Shown: piece by piece, positions 14,970 through 24,471 of the stretch | Position numbering within the stretch: the stretch's first letter is position 1 | Layout of the letters: each line of letters starts with the position of its first letter | IMG/VR virus record: IMGVR_UViG_3300037119_005846 | Coordinates: 32,031 to 96,030 of that record | Direction: 5' to 3' (one strand) | DNA from: a virus | Length of the DNA stretch: 64,000 nucleotides | The notes under the pieces: model-generated | Database searches by the model: none | Seen by the model: only the letters and a program-made list of their open reading frames with translations | Told to the model about the DNA's origin: nothing | Translations under genes and position numbers: made by a program

Positions 14970-17218
14970 ATACTCTCACCGCGGCCGTCGCGTACGACGT
15001 CACCGATTCCGCGGTCAAGGCGGTCGAGAGCGCGTCACGCGTCGCCGACGAGAAGACCGCGAGCACTGCCGCGCTAGCGCTGGCGATCGCGATGGACTCC
15101 GAGAACGAAGAGTCTGCGAGAGTGGCGGTCCTTAAAGATCCGCGCATCGCTCGCCTCAGTCTCGAGGCGGCGCAGGCGATCAACGACGCCGCCGAGCTCG
15201 CGGCCTGGCATCCGTCGCCGGATACGGATGCCGCGGTCAGCGGCAGTGTCAAAGATGCACTGCGAACACGTCGAACCGATGCCGAGCTCGCTGACACGAT
15301 CCGGAGCACGGTCGCTGACGCAGCAGCGGCTAGACGCTCGACGGTTGAGACCGATGATGAGACGCCCGACGCCGAGTCACGCCGTCACTGGAGTGATGCC
15401 GCCGGGCGCACTGCCGCGACACGGCTGGCAGCTGAGCGAGTCGTTGAGTCCATGCCGGTCGTGGAAGAAGCCGCCGGTGTCTCGCTTCACAAGCTCTGGC
15501 TGACTCAGGCAGACAGCCGCGTCCGGTCAAGTCATCGTCATCTCCAGGGTAAGACCGTCGAAGCTGACAAGCCGTTCTGGCGCGAGCTCGGCACCGACAA
15601 GCAGCTGCGCTTCCCGGGCGACCCAGAGGCGCCGCTGGATCAGACCGTGAACTGCCGGTGCTTCTTGTGGCTCGTCCCCGCGGACCAGGCGGCGGCCGCC
15701 GAGGAAACGTTCCAGATCAGTGACGATGACTACGCACTCGCTGCGTCTGTTAGTCGCCATCCGTCATGCGGGCTGCTACACGGAAATGCCGCGCTGATGA
15801 CAGTCGATGAATTCGACGGTGCGGCCGACATCCTGTACGGTCTGACAGCAGCGACCGAGCGCAAGTACGACGAGAGCAAGCACAAGCGCGACAAGGGCGG
15901 CAAGTTCTCGAAGCATGCCGGCCAGCAGGGCGGCACAGTTCACGAGCACAAGCGCTTCGATCGCAAGAAGTGGCTCGCCGAGGGTGGCTGGGACAGGGTC
16001 AGAGCCAAGTACGGTCTCGGCAAGGGCAAGGGCAAGGGCAAGGGCTCTGGCTCCGGCTCTGGCTCCGGCTCCGGCGGCGGAGACAGCGGCAGTGGAGACG
16101 ACGTCGACGCGGGCAAGGCCTTTGACGACGCCGCCGAGCGTGCTCGCAAGCGCTTCGAGACAATACAGAAGGCTCTTCAAGATCGCAGAGATGAGATCGA
16201 GAACACTCGAGCATCGAACGAGGCTGATAGAAGGCAGCTTCAGGCGCAGGCCGACCTCGAGCAGATCACGCGGCGCGAGGGCGAGGACGCCGCGATGAGG
16301 AAGCGGGAGCAGATGGTCCGAGACGTTGAGCAAGATCTGCGCAAGCACCAGAGTGACGTCGAGCGGTCGCAGAACTTGATCCTCGGCATGCGCCTCCGCG
16401 GCGAGCTGCCGGACGTGATCGAGGCCGAGCGTCAGAAGCTCCTCCGGCTCAAGGGTGAGACGACCGAGCTGGTCAATCTCAGTCGCTCGCTCGGCACTCC
16501 CGACCAGGTGCGCGACCTGCGCGATCGCGTCCGCTCGAGTCGCCGCATTCAGGACGTCGGCACGCGGAACAATCGCGCGGACCTGGATCGTCGGATCAGA
16601 CTCGCGCAGCGCCGGCAAGATCAGGGCCTGCGAAACACTGAGCGCTCCGCGTCGCAGGACTACCAGAATCAGGTACGTGACTTGCGCGCTCGAGCGAACG
16701 AGGCGAGGAAGCAGGCGGCGGAGGCGAAGAGGGGTCGCCGCGCCTCGCTGGTTGGCGGCGGACACGCGGACTCACCGCAGTCATGTGTCATCGCGCTCAT
16801 TCCGAAGGGCCACAAGGAGATCGAGTACGAGTCCGGCGAGAAGGCTCCGGCACATCTGACGCTGGCATACCTCAGTGACGGCAGCGACAACATCGAGGAT
16901 GACTTTGACGCGATCGACGCGGCCGTTGCGCGCTTCGCTGCGAGTCGTCAGCCGTTCACCGTGACTGTCGCCGGTCGAGCTAACCTTGGCGAAGATGGAG
17001 ATGACGTCATCATCGTTGAGGCGTCGGAGCTCGCTGAGGCGCGGGCCTGGGCGGAAAGTGAGCCGGGCATCAGCGAACGCTGCGCTGCCAGTGATCACCC
17101 GCACTGGATTCCGCACATGACTGGCGTCGACGGTGACTACGGCGACGAGGTCGAGTTCGATCGCATCGGCGCGTGGTACGGCGACGACAAGCGAGAGTAC
17201 CCGCTCGGCGGCGGGTAA
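14966..17218 (+). CDS. MuF-like minor head protein fused to an HPR-like tag, coiled coil and C-terminal 2H phosphoesterase
   Basis: K.W....D.RVR.SH, L.FPGDP, VNCRC (MuF), then YDESKHKRDKGGKF, then two HxT motifs (AHLTLAYL, PHMT). Confidence 0.85.
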   Translation: MNTLTAAVAYDVTDSAVKAVESASRVADEKTASTAALALAIAMDSENEESARVAVLKDPRIARLSLEAAQAINDAAELAAWHPSPDTDAAVSGSVKDALRTRRTDAELADTIRSTVADAAAARRSTVETDDETPDAESRRHWSDAAGRTAATRLAAERVVESMPVVEEAAGVSLHKLWLTQADSRVRSSHRHLQGKTVEADKPFWRELGTDKQLRFPGDPEAPLDQTVNCRCFLWLVPADQAAAAEETFQISDDDYALAASVSRHPSCGLLHGNAALMTVDEFDGAADILYGLTAATERKYDESKHKRDKGGKFSKHAGQQGGTVHEHKRFDRKKWLAEGGWDRVRAKYGLGKGKGKGKGSGSGSGSGSGGGDSGSGDDVDAGKAFDDAAERARKRFETIQKALQDRRDEIENTRASNEADRRQLQAQADLEQITRREGEDAAMRKREQMVRDVEQDLRKHQSDVERSQNLILGMRLRGELPDVIEAERQKLLRLKGETTELVNLSRSLGTPDQVRDLRDRVRSSRRIQDVGTRNNRADLDRRIRLAQRRQDQGLRNTERSASQDYQNQVRDLRARANEARKQAAEAKRGRRASLVGGGHADSPQSCVIALIPKGHKEIEYESGEKAPAHLTLAYLSDGSDNIEDDFDAIDAAVARFAASRQPFTVTVAGRANLGEDGDDVIIVEASELAEARAWAESEPGISERCAASDHPHWIPHMTGVDGDYGDEVEFDRIGAWYGDDKREYPLGGG

Positions 17219-17227
17219 GATCGAAGC

Positions 17228-18025
17228 ATGAGCGCCGTCGAGAGCGAGCAGACCACGCCGCCGGCAGAAGACAAGCGAGTCAGCGCCGACGGCGACGACC
17301 GCCGTGATCGCGCCGTCAGCTCGTCCGGCTTCTACGCGTGGCTCGCCAAGTACGCCGACGATCGGTACAGCCCCCTGAAGGAGAAGCTCGACCGCAAGGC
17401 GCAGAGAGCTGTGCTCGGTGCGACGTTCAGTCGCGAGAAGATCGCCGCCTATCTCGAGTACGACGAAGACCTCATGACTCTGCTGACCAACGCGGAGATG
17501 GAGTGGCGCGCCGACATGGTCGCGAAGGACGGCCTCAAGGCGCACATGGAGGTCGACACCAGTCCACGCTATGACTTCCGCGATCCGACGATGAGACGCG
17601 CCCAGACATGTCGGTATCGCGGTGCGAGTGGCGTGTGCGGGAAGGGCGCCGTTCCGGGCACGGTTCGATGCGGCGAGCACGGCGGCGAGCTGGTCGATGA
17701 GGTGACGCGGCGAGCGATCCTCATGACGAGTTACTTGCAGATTGTCGAGGCCAGCGGTGTCGCCGTCGAGGCGCTGGTCGATGTCGCGCAGCACAGTCGC
17801 AACGACATCGCTCGAGTTGCCGCCGCGAAGGAGATTCTCGACCGCGCCGGCCTCACGGCAGATCTTCAGGTCACGGTGCACATCGAGGGAGACGAGCGCA
17901 ACGAGCGCATCTCGCGACTGCGGGACCGGCTCGACTCGATGCAGAAGGGACTTCAGAGCCGAGCGATCGACGCTGTCGCTCGCGAGGAGAACATCGTCGA
18001 CGCGGAGGTCGTCGCCGCGGGGTAA
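17228..18025 (+). CDS. Probable terminase small subunit
   Basis: C..C...RC..HGG zinc motif, AVEALVD...RVAAAKEILDRAG, located near the portal. Confidence 0.55.
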   Translation: MSAVESEQTTPPAEDKRVSADGDDRRDRAVSSSGFYAWLAKYADDRYSPLKEKLDRKAQRAVLGATFSREKIAAYLEYDEDLMTLLTNAEMEWRADMVAKDGLKAHMEVDTSPRYDFRDPTMRRAQTCRYRGASGVCGKGAVPGTVRCGEHGGELVDEVTRRAILMTSYLQIVEASGVAVEALVDVAQHSRNDIARVAAAKEILDRAGLTADLQVTVHIEGDERNERISRLRDRLDSMQKGLQSRAIDAVAREENIVDAEVVAAG

Positions 18026-18064
18026 GATAGGCAAGTCACATCAGACTCAGACAGGAGACAAGTC

Positions 18065-18406
18065 ATGGCACTCGCAGAGGTTCCACCTCCTCACGACGAC
18101 AAGTACATCACGTTCAAGCTCGACGACTTTATGACATGGGTGAGTCACGGCGTCGCAGACGACGAGGAAAAGTTCAAGCTCGCGTTCAACGACGCGGTCT
18201 TGCTCTCGCTTGATGACGCTGTCGTCATCCGCCGCCAGGACTACTTCGCCTCGCCGGCGCTGGCGACGTACGCGGCGATGATCGCGATCACGATCAAGCT
18301 GATCGACGACCCGGATCGCCGCGCTCAGCTTCTCGCGATCGCCGACTACTTTACAAGACAATCAGAGCTCGCGGCGGATGAGGGATGGAAGTACCCCGAC
18401 CTGTAG
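18065..18406 (+). CDS. Hypothetical protein
   Basis: AGGAG RBS, 113 aa. Confidence 0.75.
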   Translation: MALAEVPPPHDDKYITFKLDDFMTWVSHGVADDEEKFKLAFNDAVLLSLDDAVVIRRQDYFASPALATYAAMIAITIKLIDDPDRRAQLLAIADYFTRQSELAADEGWKYPDL

Positions 18407-18419
18407 TAGCTTGGATGTC

Positions 18420-18761
18420 GTGTTCGACATCCTGATTGTCATCGTCATCGCGGCGCTAATCGGGTTCCGTCTCGCTCGAGCTATCGCTATGGATGATGTT
18501 GGCAGGCCGATTCGTGACTGGACTGTCAAGTTCAAGGGTCGAAAGCCGCGCAGCCGGCCGCGGACGTGGCTCGTCGGCCTGATGCAGTGTCCGCACTGCA
18601 TAGGTGTCTACGTAACGATCGTGGTCGGGCTCGCCGTTAGCGCGATCTTGCTCGATGTTGACTGGATCGTCGACCTGATCATCGCCGCCGCGGCGGTTGG
18701 TGCTCAGAGCCTGATGGCGACGTACGCTCAGGAGGAACAGGTCCACGTAGACCTTGAGTGA
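18420..18761 (+). CDS. DUF1360-like membrane protein
   Basis: RLAR...DD...P.R and L..CPHC.GV motifs, TM helices, upstream of the portal. Confidence 0.7.
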   Translation: MFDILIVIVIAALIGFRLARAIAMDDVGRPIRDWTVKFKGRKPRSRPRTWLVGLMQCPHCIGVYVTIVVGLAVSAILLDVDWIVDLIIAAAAVGAQSLMATYAQEEQVHVDLE

Positions 18762-18773
18762 TACGGTTGGCCG

Positions 18774-20489
18774 GTGGCAGCACGACGGTTCTTCGATGAC
18801 TCGACTAATCTCGCGAGACAACCGTACGCGACACCGCGTCCGATCGTTGGCTCCGTCGAGCGACTGAATCTGAGCAAGGGCAGCGAGCGAGTCGAGAAGC
18901 GTGCCGTCAGCGCATGGCAGACGAGCGCGTGGCAGATGTTCGACGCCATCGGCGAAGTCCACTTCGCCTTCAGTCTGATCGCTCAGATCCTCAGTCGGGT
19001 CCGGATCTTCGCCGCGATCGTGCAGCATCAGGACGAGGCACCTGTCGACGTCAACGACTTTGTCAAGTCTCTTCAGGGCGACGCAGAAGTCGACGCTCCG
19101 AACACGCGCGAGGCCTGCGAAGAGGCGACCAAGATCCTTAACCAGCTCGTCCTCAACGCGCACGGCGGCATCAGCACGCTGCTCAGACTGATGGGGTTGA
19201 ACCTCTGCGTTCCCGGCGAGATGTACCTTCTCTACTTCAAGGATGAGTGGCACATCGCCAGCGTTGACGAGCTGACGCAGAGCGGCCAGACGCTGTACTA
19301 CCGGACGATGCGGACCTCTCCTAACACCGGCACCAAGGCAACAGCTGGTCGCGGCGAACCGCTGCCGAAGGACGCGTTCGTCGCGCGCATCTGGCGACCG
19401 CACCCACGGTACTCCGGCGAGCCGGACAGCTCGATGCTCGGAGTCCTTGATGACTGCGAACTGCTCGTCCTGCTCGAGCAGTCGATGAGGACGATCACGC
19501 GGAGCCGGATGAACGCCGGCGTGATGTTCATCCCCGAGGGACTCGCGTCGTTCGTTGCCGGCGACGAGGCAATGAGTGTCGAGGATGCGATCAGTCGAGC
19601 TAGCATCGAGAGTGTTGAGAACGAGACGGCTCAGGCGACCGTGGTGCCGCAGATTCTGAAGGGCCCGCCCGAGCTCGGCGACAAGATCAAGTGGATCCCG
19701 TATGGTCGGCAGATCGACCAGCAGTTCGTCGAACTCGTCGACAGGACGTTGCAACGCGTCCTTCAAGGGATCGACATTCCGAAGGAAGTCGTCTCCGGCC
19801 TCGCTGACGCGAAGTTCGCTAACGCGATCGTGATCACAGATGAGCTGTTCAAGGCGCATGTCGAGCCGCTCGTGCTCTTGTGTGTCGATGCACTGACGCA
19901 GGTCTATCTGAGGCCGCTGCTCAAGCGAGCACTCGGGATTGCTCCGGGCTCGGACGCGGACAGTGATGGCTCGAACATCGCTAACCGGATCATCATCTGG
20001 GCCGACACCGCCGGTATCGCTACGCGACCCGACAAGAGCCAGGCGGCGAACGACGGCTTCGACCGGAAGGTCCTCAGCGCCAAGGCGTGGCGTGACACGC
20101 GAGGGTTCACGGACTCCGACGCGCCAGAAGAAGAGGAGCTGCTGTTCCGCGTGGCGCTTCAGAGCGCGGTCATCCCGCCGGAGATCGTCGAGGCGGTGCT
20201 CAAGCGGATCGACCCGGCGTTCTTCGCAGCAGCTCGCGCGGCTAACTCGGAGATCCCACCGGAGATCGAGCAACTGCTCGAGCCGGTGCTCGGGCCACCA
20301 CCCGGCGAGGCACCATCAGCCGCCGGCGGGGCGGGCACTCGGCCGTCGTCTGGCACCACGGCGCCGCCGGTGAATCCAGCGCCGCCGGGGGCCGCGCCGC
20401 CGTCCGCGCTGACGACGCAGCTGAATGGCGCGGACATCAACACGAATGGCTCGAAGCCACCGCGAGCCGGCGAAGCGGCACTCCGCTAG
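18774..20489 (+). CDS. Portal protein
   Basis: WQ..AW..FD.IGEV, SR.R, RIWRPHP...EPDS, GIDIPKEV motifs typical of actinophage portals. Confidence 0.85.
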   Translation: MAARRFFDDSTNLARQPYATPRPIVGSVERLNLSKGSERVEKRAVSAWQTSAWQMFDAIGEVHFAFSLIAQILSRVRIFAAIVQHQDEAPVDVNDFVKSLQGDAEVDAPNTREACEEATKILNQLVLNAHGGISTLLRLMGLNLCVPGEMYLLYFKDEWHIASVDELTQSGQTLYYRTMRTSPNTGTKATAGRGEPLPKDAFVARIWRPHPRYSGEPDSSMLGVLDDCELLVLLEQSMRTITRSRMNAGVMFIPEGLASFVAGDEAMSVEDAISRASIESVENETAQATVVPQILKGPPELGDKIKWIPYGRQIDQQFVELVDRTLQRVLQGIDIPKEVVSGLADAKFANAIVITDELFKAHVEPLVLLCVDALTQVYLRPLLKRALGIAPGSDADSDGSNIANRIIIWADTAGIATRPDKSQAANDGFDRKVLSAKAWRDTRGFTDSDAPEEEELLFRVALQSAVIPPEIVEAVLKRIDPAFFAAARAANSEIPPEIEQLLEPVLGPPPGEAPSAAGGAGTRPSSGTTAPPVNPAPPGAAPPSALTTQLNGADINTNGSKPPRAGEAALR

Positions 20490-20511
20490 CCGACCGGCCA
20501 CGAGGCCCGAG

Positions 20512-20540
20512 TGGCATTTCTATACATCACGTGGTATAAT
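20512..20540 (+). promoter_or_regulatory. Class I promoter, leaderless
   Basis: TGGCAT-17bp-TATAAT, ATG at +7 (20547). Confidence 0.85.
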
Positions 20541-20546
20541 GGCCAC

Positions 20547-20843
20547 ATGACACAGACTTCAGACAAGGCGCTGGCGCCAGACCAGGTGGTCACGATCGCC
20601 GGCACCGTCGGATTCTTCAAGGTCAAGGAGATCCCGGACCACGGCCGGTTCGTCGTACTGTACGGTGGCAACGTCCAGAGGCGCGGCGGTATCAAGGCGT
20701 CGAGTCGTACGGTGCCGCCGGCGAAGGTCGAGCCGATCACTAGCTCGGCGACTCTGAAGCGAGCGAACGCCACACTGCATGCCATCGCCGAGGCGATGGA
20801 AGCCGCACCGCACCCGCACTACAAGAAGGCCGGCGCCAAGTAG
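20547..20843 (+). CDS. Hypothetical protein (leaderless, starts MTQT)
   Basis: Start reassigned to the ATG at the predicted TSS. Confidence 0.75.
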   Translation: MTQTSDKALAPDQVVTIAGTVGFFKVKEIPDHGRFVVLYGGNVQRRGGIKASSRTVPPAKVEPITSSATLKRANATLHAIAEAMEAAPHPHYKKAGAK

Positions 20844-20874
20844 CTCGGCCGCAACCCGAGAGGCAAGACGAGAC

Positions 20875-21087
20875 ATGAACGACCTGCGCAAGAGCAAGTT
20901 CGAGACCAAGGTAGCAGCGGCTGAGGCCGCCGTTGCCGCCGGCGCCAAGCTGTACGTCGGTGGACGACGTACCGTCGCCACTGCAGAGGAAGAAGGCGAG
21001 ACACGGGTGTATAACCTCGGCGGCGGTGAGGGCGCCTACCAGTGGCGCTGGCTGACCGCGCTGGATGATCCGAGTGGCATTCGGTAA
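20875..21087 (+). CDS. Hypothetical protein
   Basis: 70 aa. Confidence 0.6.
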   Translation: MNDLRKSKFETKVAAAEAAVAAGAKLYVGGRRTVATAEEEGETRVYNLGGGEGAYQWRWLTALDDPSGIR

Positions 21088-21155
21088 CATCACAATGTAT
21101 AATGACATCAGCCAGCCGGCGAACCCGGCTGGCACCAGGACTTCAGACACAGACA
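21075..21155 (+). promoter_or_regulatory. Class I promoter with a 5' hairpin and GACACAGAC leader
   Basis: TGGCAT-17bp-TATAAT (21098), 9-bp stem GCCAGCCGG/CCGGCTGGC at 21111-21133, motif at 21146. Confidence 0.8.
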
Positions 21156-21169
21156 AAGGAACCAACCCA

Positions 21170-21979
21170 ATGCACGCAACAGCCCCAGTGCCGAACCGAT
21201 CGACGTCATCGTTTGTCGTCTCCTTCGGCCTGATCAACATCCCGGTCAGCGTCTACACGACGGTGGCCGAGACCAAGGTCGCCCGCAAGGAGTTCACCGC
21301 GGACGGCCACGCCGTCGGCCGTAAGCCGTACGACAAGGAAACGGGCGCTGACGTCAACTTCGGTGACGTCGTCAAGATGGTCGAGGTCGGCGGCGCCACA
21401 GTGCCGCTGTCCGACGAGGAGATCGCTGGCGCGACCGGCCACGTCGCCGGTGTCGCGCCGATCGTCGGCCGCGTCTCGATGACCGAGCTCAACTCGGACT
21501 TCATTGCCGAGCGCGTCTACCAGCTTCGCCCGAAGAGCGACAAGAAGGTTCAGAAGGCGAGTGATCGCGCATTTGCGCTGCTGATCGCCACGCTGAAGGA
21601 GACAGACGAGGCCGCGCTGGTGCGAGTCAGCATCCGCGGCACTGTCGCCAAGTGGGGCGCGATCACACCGGACGGGTACCTCCGCATCATCCACAGCGCA
21701 GACCAGGTGAAGGCGGCGCTGCCAATGCCCGACGCGGTCGTCACCGAGAAGGAGACGGAGCTCGCCAAGGCACTCCTTGGCGCGATCCCGACACTGGCCG
21801 TGGAGGACCTCCGTGACGATTCCAGTGAGCGGATTGCCGCATACGTCGACGAGAAGCTGGCTGCTCTGGCTGGCACTGGCACACTGCTGACCGAGCCGAT
21901 GGCTCTGACGCCGGCCGCGGTCGATGACATGTTCGCAGCGCTTCAGGCAAGCATGGACGCCCTCGTGGCGAAAGGATGA
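21170..21979 (+). CDS. ku: Ku-like DNA end-binding protein
   Basis: SFGLINIPVSVY, D.VK..E, LSDEEI, E.ELAKAL motifs, AAAGGA RBS. Confidence 0.85.
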   Translation: MHATAPVPNRSTSSFVVSFGLINIPVSVYTTVAETKVARKEFTADGHAVGRKPYDKETGADVNFGDVVKMVEVGGATVPLSDEEIAGATGHVAGVAPIVGRVSMTELNSDFIAERVYQLRPKSDKKVQKASDRAFALLIATLKETDEAALVRVSIRGTVAKWGAITPDGYLRIIHSADQVKAALPMPDAVVTEKETELAKALLGAIPTLAVEDLRDDSSERIAAYVDEKLAALAGTGTLLTEPMALTPAAVDDMFAALQASMDALVAKG

Positions 21980-21985
21980 AATGAA

Positions 21986-22177
21986 ATGATCACACCACAA
22001 CAGCGGCTGGCTGCCAGCAACAAAGCGAACGCCAAGCGTCGAGCACTGTCAGCCGAGACGAAGGGTCTGGCCGACTGCGGTCGGGCCTCGTCTGGTCGGT
22101 ATAGCACTGGCTGCCGATGTGACGCGTGTCGCACGGCAAAGCGCGAGTACGACGCAGCGAGAATTGCCACCGCGTGA
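21986..22177 (+). CDS. Small zinc-binding protein
   Basis: Y..GCRCDACR motif. Confidence 0.65.
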   Translation: MITPQQRLAASNKANAKRRALSAETKGLADCGRASSGRYSTGCRCDACRTAKREYDAARIATA

Positions 22178-22191
22178 TAGTGTCCCGTGTC

Positions 22192-23763
22192 ATGAGGGCA
22201 CGGGTGGCGGCACTGTTGGTGGCGAGTGCGGCGGTGATCGGGATACCGGCTGTTGCTCTCACGGAATCGGGTGGTGTGGTGCAGGGCGGCGGGTCCTACA
22301 CCACGACCTCCCATCCGTCGTACACAACGACGACGACGACGATCACTCCACCCACCAGCACCTCCTCCCCGTCCACCACGACTACGACGGCGGGTTCGAC
22401 CACTACGTCCTCTACTCCGACCTCTACTTCGACTACGAGCGTGGTGACTTCTACGAGTACGACGACTACGACCTTGACAACTACGTCCACGACCGCAGCG
22501 TCGACCACCACGACGACTGAGGTCATCAAGAAGGTCTTTGTCTGTAAGTTCGTGGGGACGCCGGGAGTTGATGAGAGACTTCAGACTGGTCAGAACCCGA
22601 TCTCGGTCAGCGTCAACGCCATCCCCAACTGGGACGGCGTGATCGGCTCCTTCTTCGCTGACGCCCAGGGCCGCAGTCGGGTGATCGCCTTCGACGTCGG
22701 CCAGCCCGAACCTGACGTGTCTCAATGCCTCCCTGGTGGTGGTACAACAACTACATCGTCAAGCACCACGACAAGTTCGACCACCGCGCCAAGCACGACG
22801 ACCTCCACCGTCGTGCCTACGAGCACGTCTACGACGACTTCCACCCCATCTTCTACGACGACGACTTCCTCGACTTCTACTTCCCTCCCCCAGATCACAC
22901 CGTTCGCGATCGAGGTCGCCCCGCTGTGCCCGGACGGGACGACACCGCAGATCGAGATCACGTTCGGGGTACGCCCTGATCTGAACGGTCAGACCGGCAC
23001 CCTGAGCTTCTCCACCGGAGGGTCGGTCCCGTTGGTGTTCAACTCGGGTGGGACGACCGACATCGCGTATCCGGCGTCGGCCGGGACCGGGCCGGTGACG
23101 ATGACCTACACGTTGGGGGCCGAAAGTGTGGAGCGCTCGACGACCTTCCCCGAAGCTTGTGAGGTGACGACATCAACGACCACGACGACCTTGATTGGCA
23201 CGACGACGTCTACAGCGGCTCCGACGACGACGACCGCTCCGTCGACATCTACAACGAGCACCAGCAGCACGTCCGTGCCATCCTCGACGACTACTTCGTC
23301 GACCACCTCAACGACCCTGCCTGACACGTTCACGTTCGGCGCGGCCGGCACGGTGTGCGTGCGTGAGGTGCCGACGATCCGCATCACCTTCCAGAACCTG
23401 TTCCCGTCCCTCGCCGGGCAGACGGGCACTCTGACCATGACGGCGGCGGCAACGGGCGAAGTCGTTGGCGTCCAGTCCCTCGTCTATGAACCCGGGACGA
23501 CAGTCGACATCCTCTACCCGGGGACGCATGTCAATCCCGACGGCTCCGTGGCCGACGTCCCCGGGTGGATTCTCAACGAGGACGGCTTCTGGATTCAGGA
23601 CCCGTCCGATGCCTTCCTCCGCGACGGCATTTTCCTCACTTACGAGGTGAACCCGACGGCAGGCCCGGTGCTGGTGCTTTACCCACCCGAGTCGAGCGCC
23701 TGCGCCAACCCGGACGGCCCGTTCCCGCCGTTGAATCCGAACCAGCTGCCGCCTACCGCGTAG
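22192..23763 (+). CDS. Secreted Thr/Ser-rich (mucin-like) multidomain protein
   Basis: Signal peptide MRARVAALLVASAAVIGIPAVA, three T/S tracts separating Cys-bracketed domains, ends LPPTA. Confidence 0.8.
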   Translation: MRARVAALLVASAAVIGIPAVALTESGGVVQGGGSYTTTSHPSYTTTTTTITPPTSTSSPSTTTTTAGSTTTSSTPTSTSTTSVVTSTSTTTTTLTTTSTTAASTTTTTEVIKKVFVCKFVGTPGVDERLQTGQNPISVSVNAIPNWDGVIGSFFADAQGRSRVIAFDVGQPEPDVSQCLPGGGTTTTSSSTTTSSTTAPSTTTSTVVPTSTSTTTSTPSSTTTTSSTSTSLPQITPFAIEVAPLCPDGTTPQIEITFGVRPDLNGQTGTLSFSTGGSVPLVFNSGGTTDIAYPASAGTGPVTMTYTLGAESVERSTTFPEACEVTTSTTTTTLIGTTTSTAAPTTTTAPSTSTTSTSSTSVPSSTTTSSTTSTTLPDTFTFGAAGTVCVREVPTIRITFQNLFPSLAGQTGTLTMTAAATGEVVGVQSLVYEPGTTVDILYPGTHVNPDGSVADVPGWILNEDGFWIQDPSDAFLRDGIFLTYEVNPTAGPVLVLYPPESSACANPDGPFPPLNPNQLPPTA

Positions 23764-23772
23764 GCTGATACC

Positions 23773-23814
23773 GCGAGCCGGCCCTCTCAACTGTGGGGGG
23801 AGGGGGCGGCTCGC
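23773..23814 (+). terminator. GC-rich hairpin after the secreted-protein gene
   Basis: GCGAGCCG...CGGCTCGC inverted repeat with only a weak U tail. Confidence 0.5.
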
Positions 23815-23842
23815 TTGACCGCAGACACAGACAGGAACACAG

Positions 23843-24418
23843 ATGACACTGAGTATGGATGAACACGCACGGCTGGATGAGACGCGAGGAGGAGCATGGC
23901 TGACACCGTCAGAGGCGAGGCGTCATGACTTTCTGACGACGACGAGCGGCGGCCTGATCGACAAGGTCGACGCTGCCGCAGTGTTCGGCGCTGGCGGTGG
24001 CGGCGTCGCCGCGTACCTCCGGCACGTCAGTCATGTCGCGAGCTTGACGCTCGTCGAGGATGACGCGTCCGGACTGATCGCGCTGCGGAACACGTACACC
24101 GGCGCTCGCGGCGTGACGATCGTCGAGGCCGATCCGGTCGAGGCACTGGACGATGTCATCCGGCAGCGCCAGCCGTCCGTGGTGATCCTTGACCTACGTG
24201 GCCGCGAGGTGGAGCCGCCCGTGGTCCGGGTATTGGCACAGCCGCTTGATCGCGTCGAGGTCCTGTGGGTCATCTACGGGCCTGAGACGGACTCCGAGCG
24301 GGCCGCGGGCCTCGACGAGATGATCCGGACCTGGCACTCGGACGAGCTGCGTTGGTACCTGCAGTCGGTGAAGCACAACGACGAGATCGGCTCGCTGCTC
24401 GTGTATGCCAGAGAGTGA
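23843..24418 (+). CDS. Class I SAM-dependent methyltransferase-fold protein (spermidine-synthase-like)
   Basis: VFGAGGGGVA, LTLVEDD, IVEAD, VVILD. Confidence 0.55.
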   Translation: MTLSMDEHARLDETRGGAWLTPSEARRHDFLTTTSGGLIDKVDAAAVFGAGGGGVAAYLRHVSHVASLTLVEDDASGLIALRNTYTGARGVTIVEADPVEALDDVIRQRQPSVVILDLRGREVEPPVVRVLAQPLDRVEVLWVIYGPETDSERAAGLDEMIRTWHSDELRWYLQSVKHNDEIGSLLVYARE

Positions 24419-24471
24419 CCGCGAAGTTCATAGTATAGTATAGTAAGTGACACAGACAGGAAGGATGACGG

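Noticed and set aside
16019-16080. Hexamer microsatellites (GGCAAG)n(GGCTCY)n here, and GACCCG/GACGCG at 3141-3180, as phase-variation tracts
   Set aside because: The unit length is a multiple of three, so they only encode flexible linkers.
18456-20273. 605-aa minus-strand ORF (also 62728-63996, 16781-18034, 39984-41042 and other long minus-strand ORFs)
   Set aside because: These are antisense shadows of high-GC3 plus-strand genes, with no motifs, RBS or promoter.
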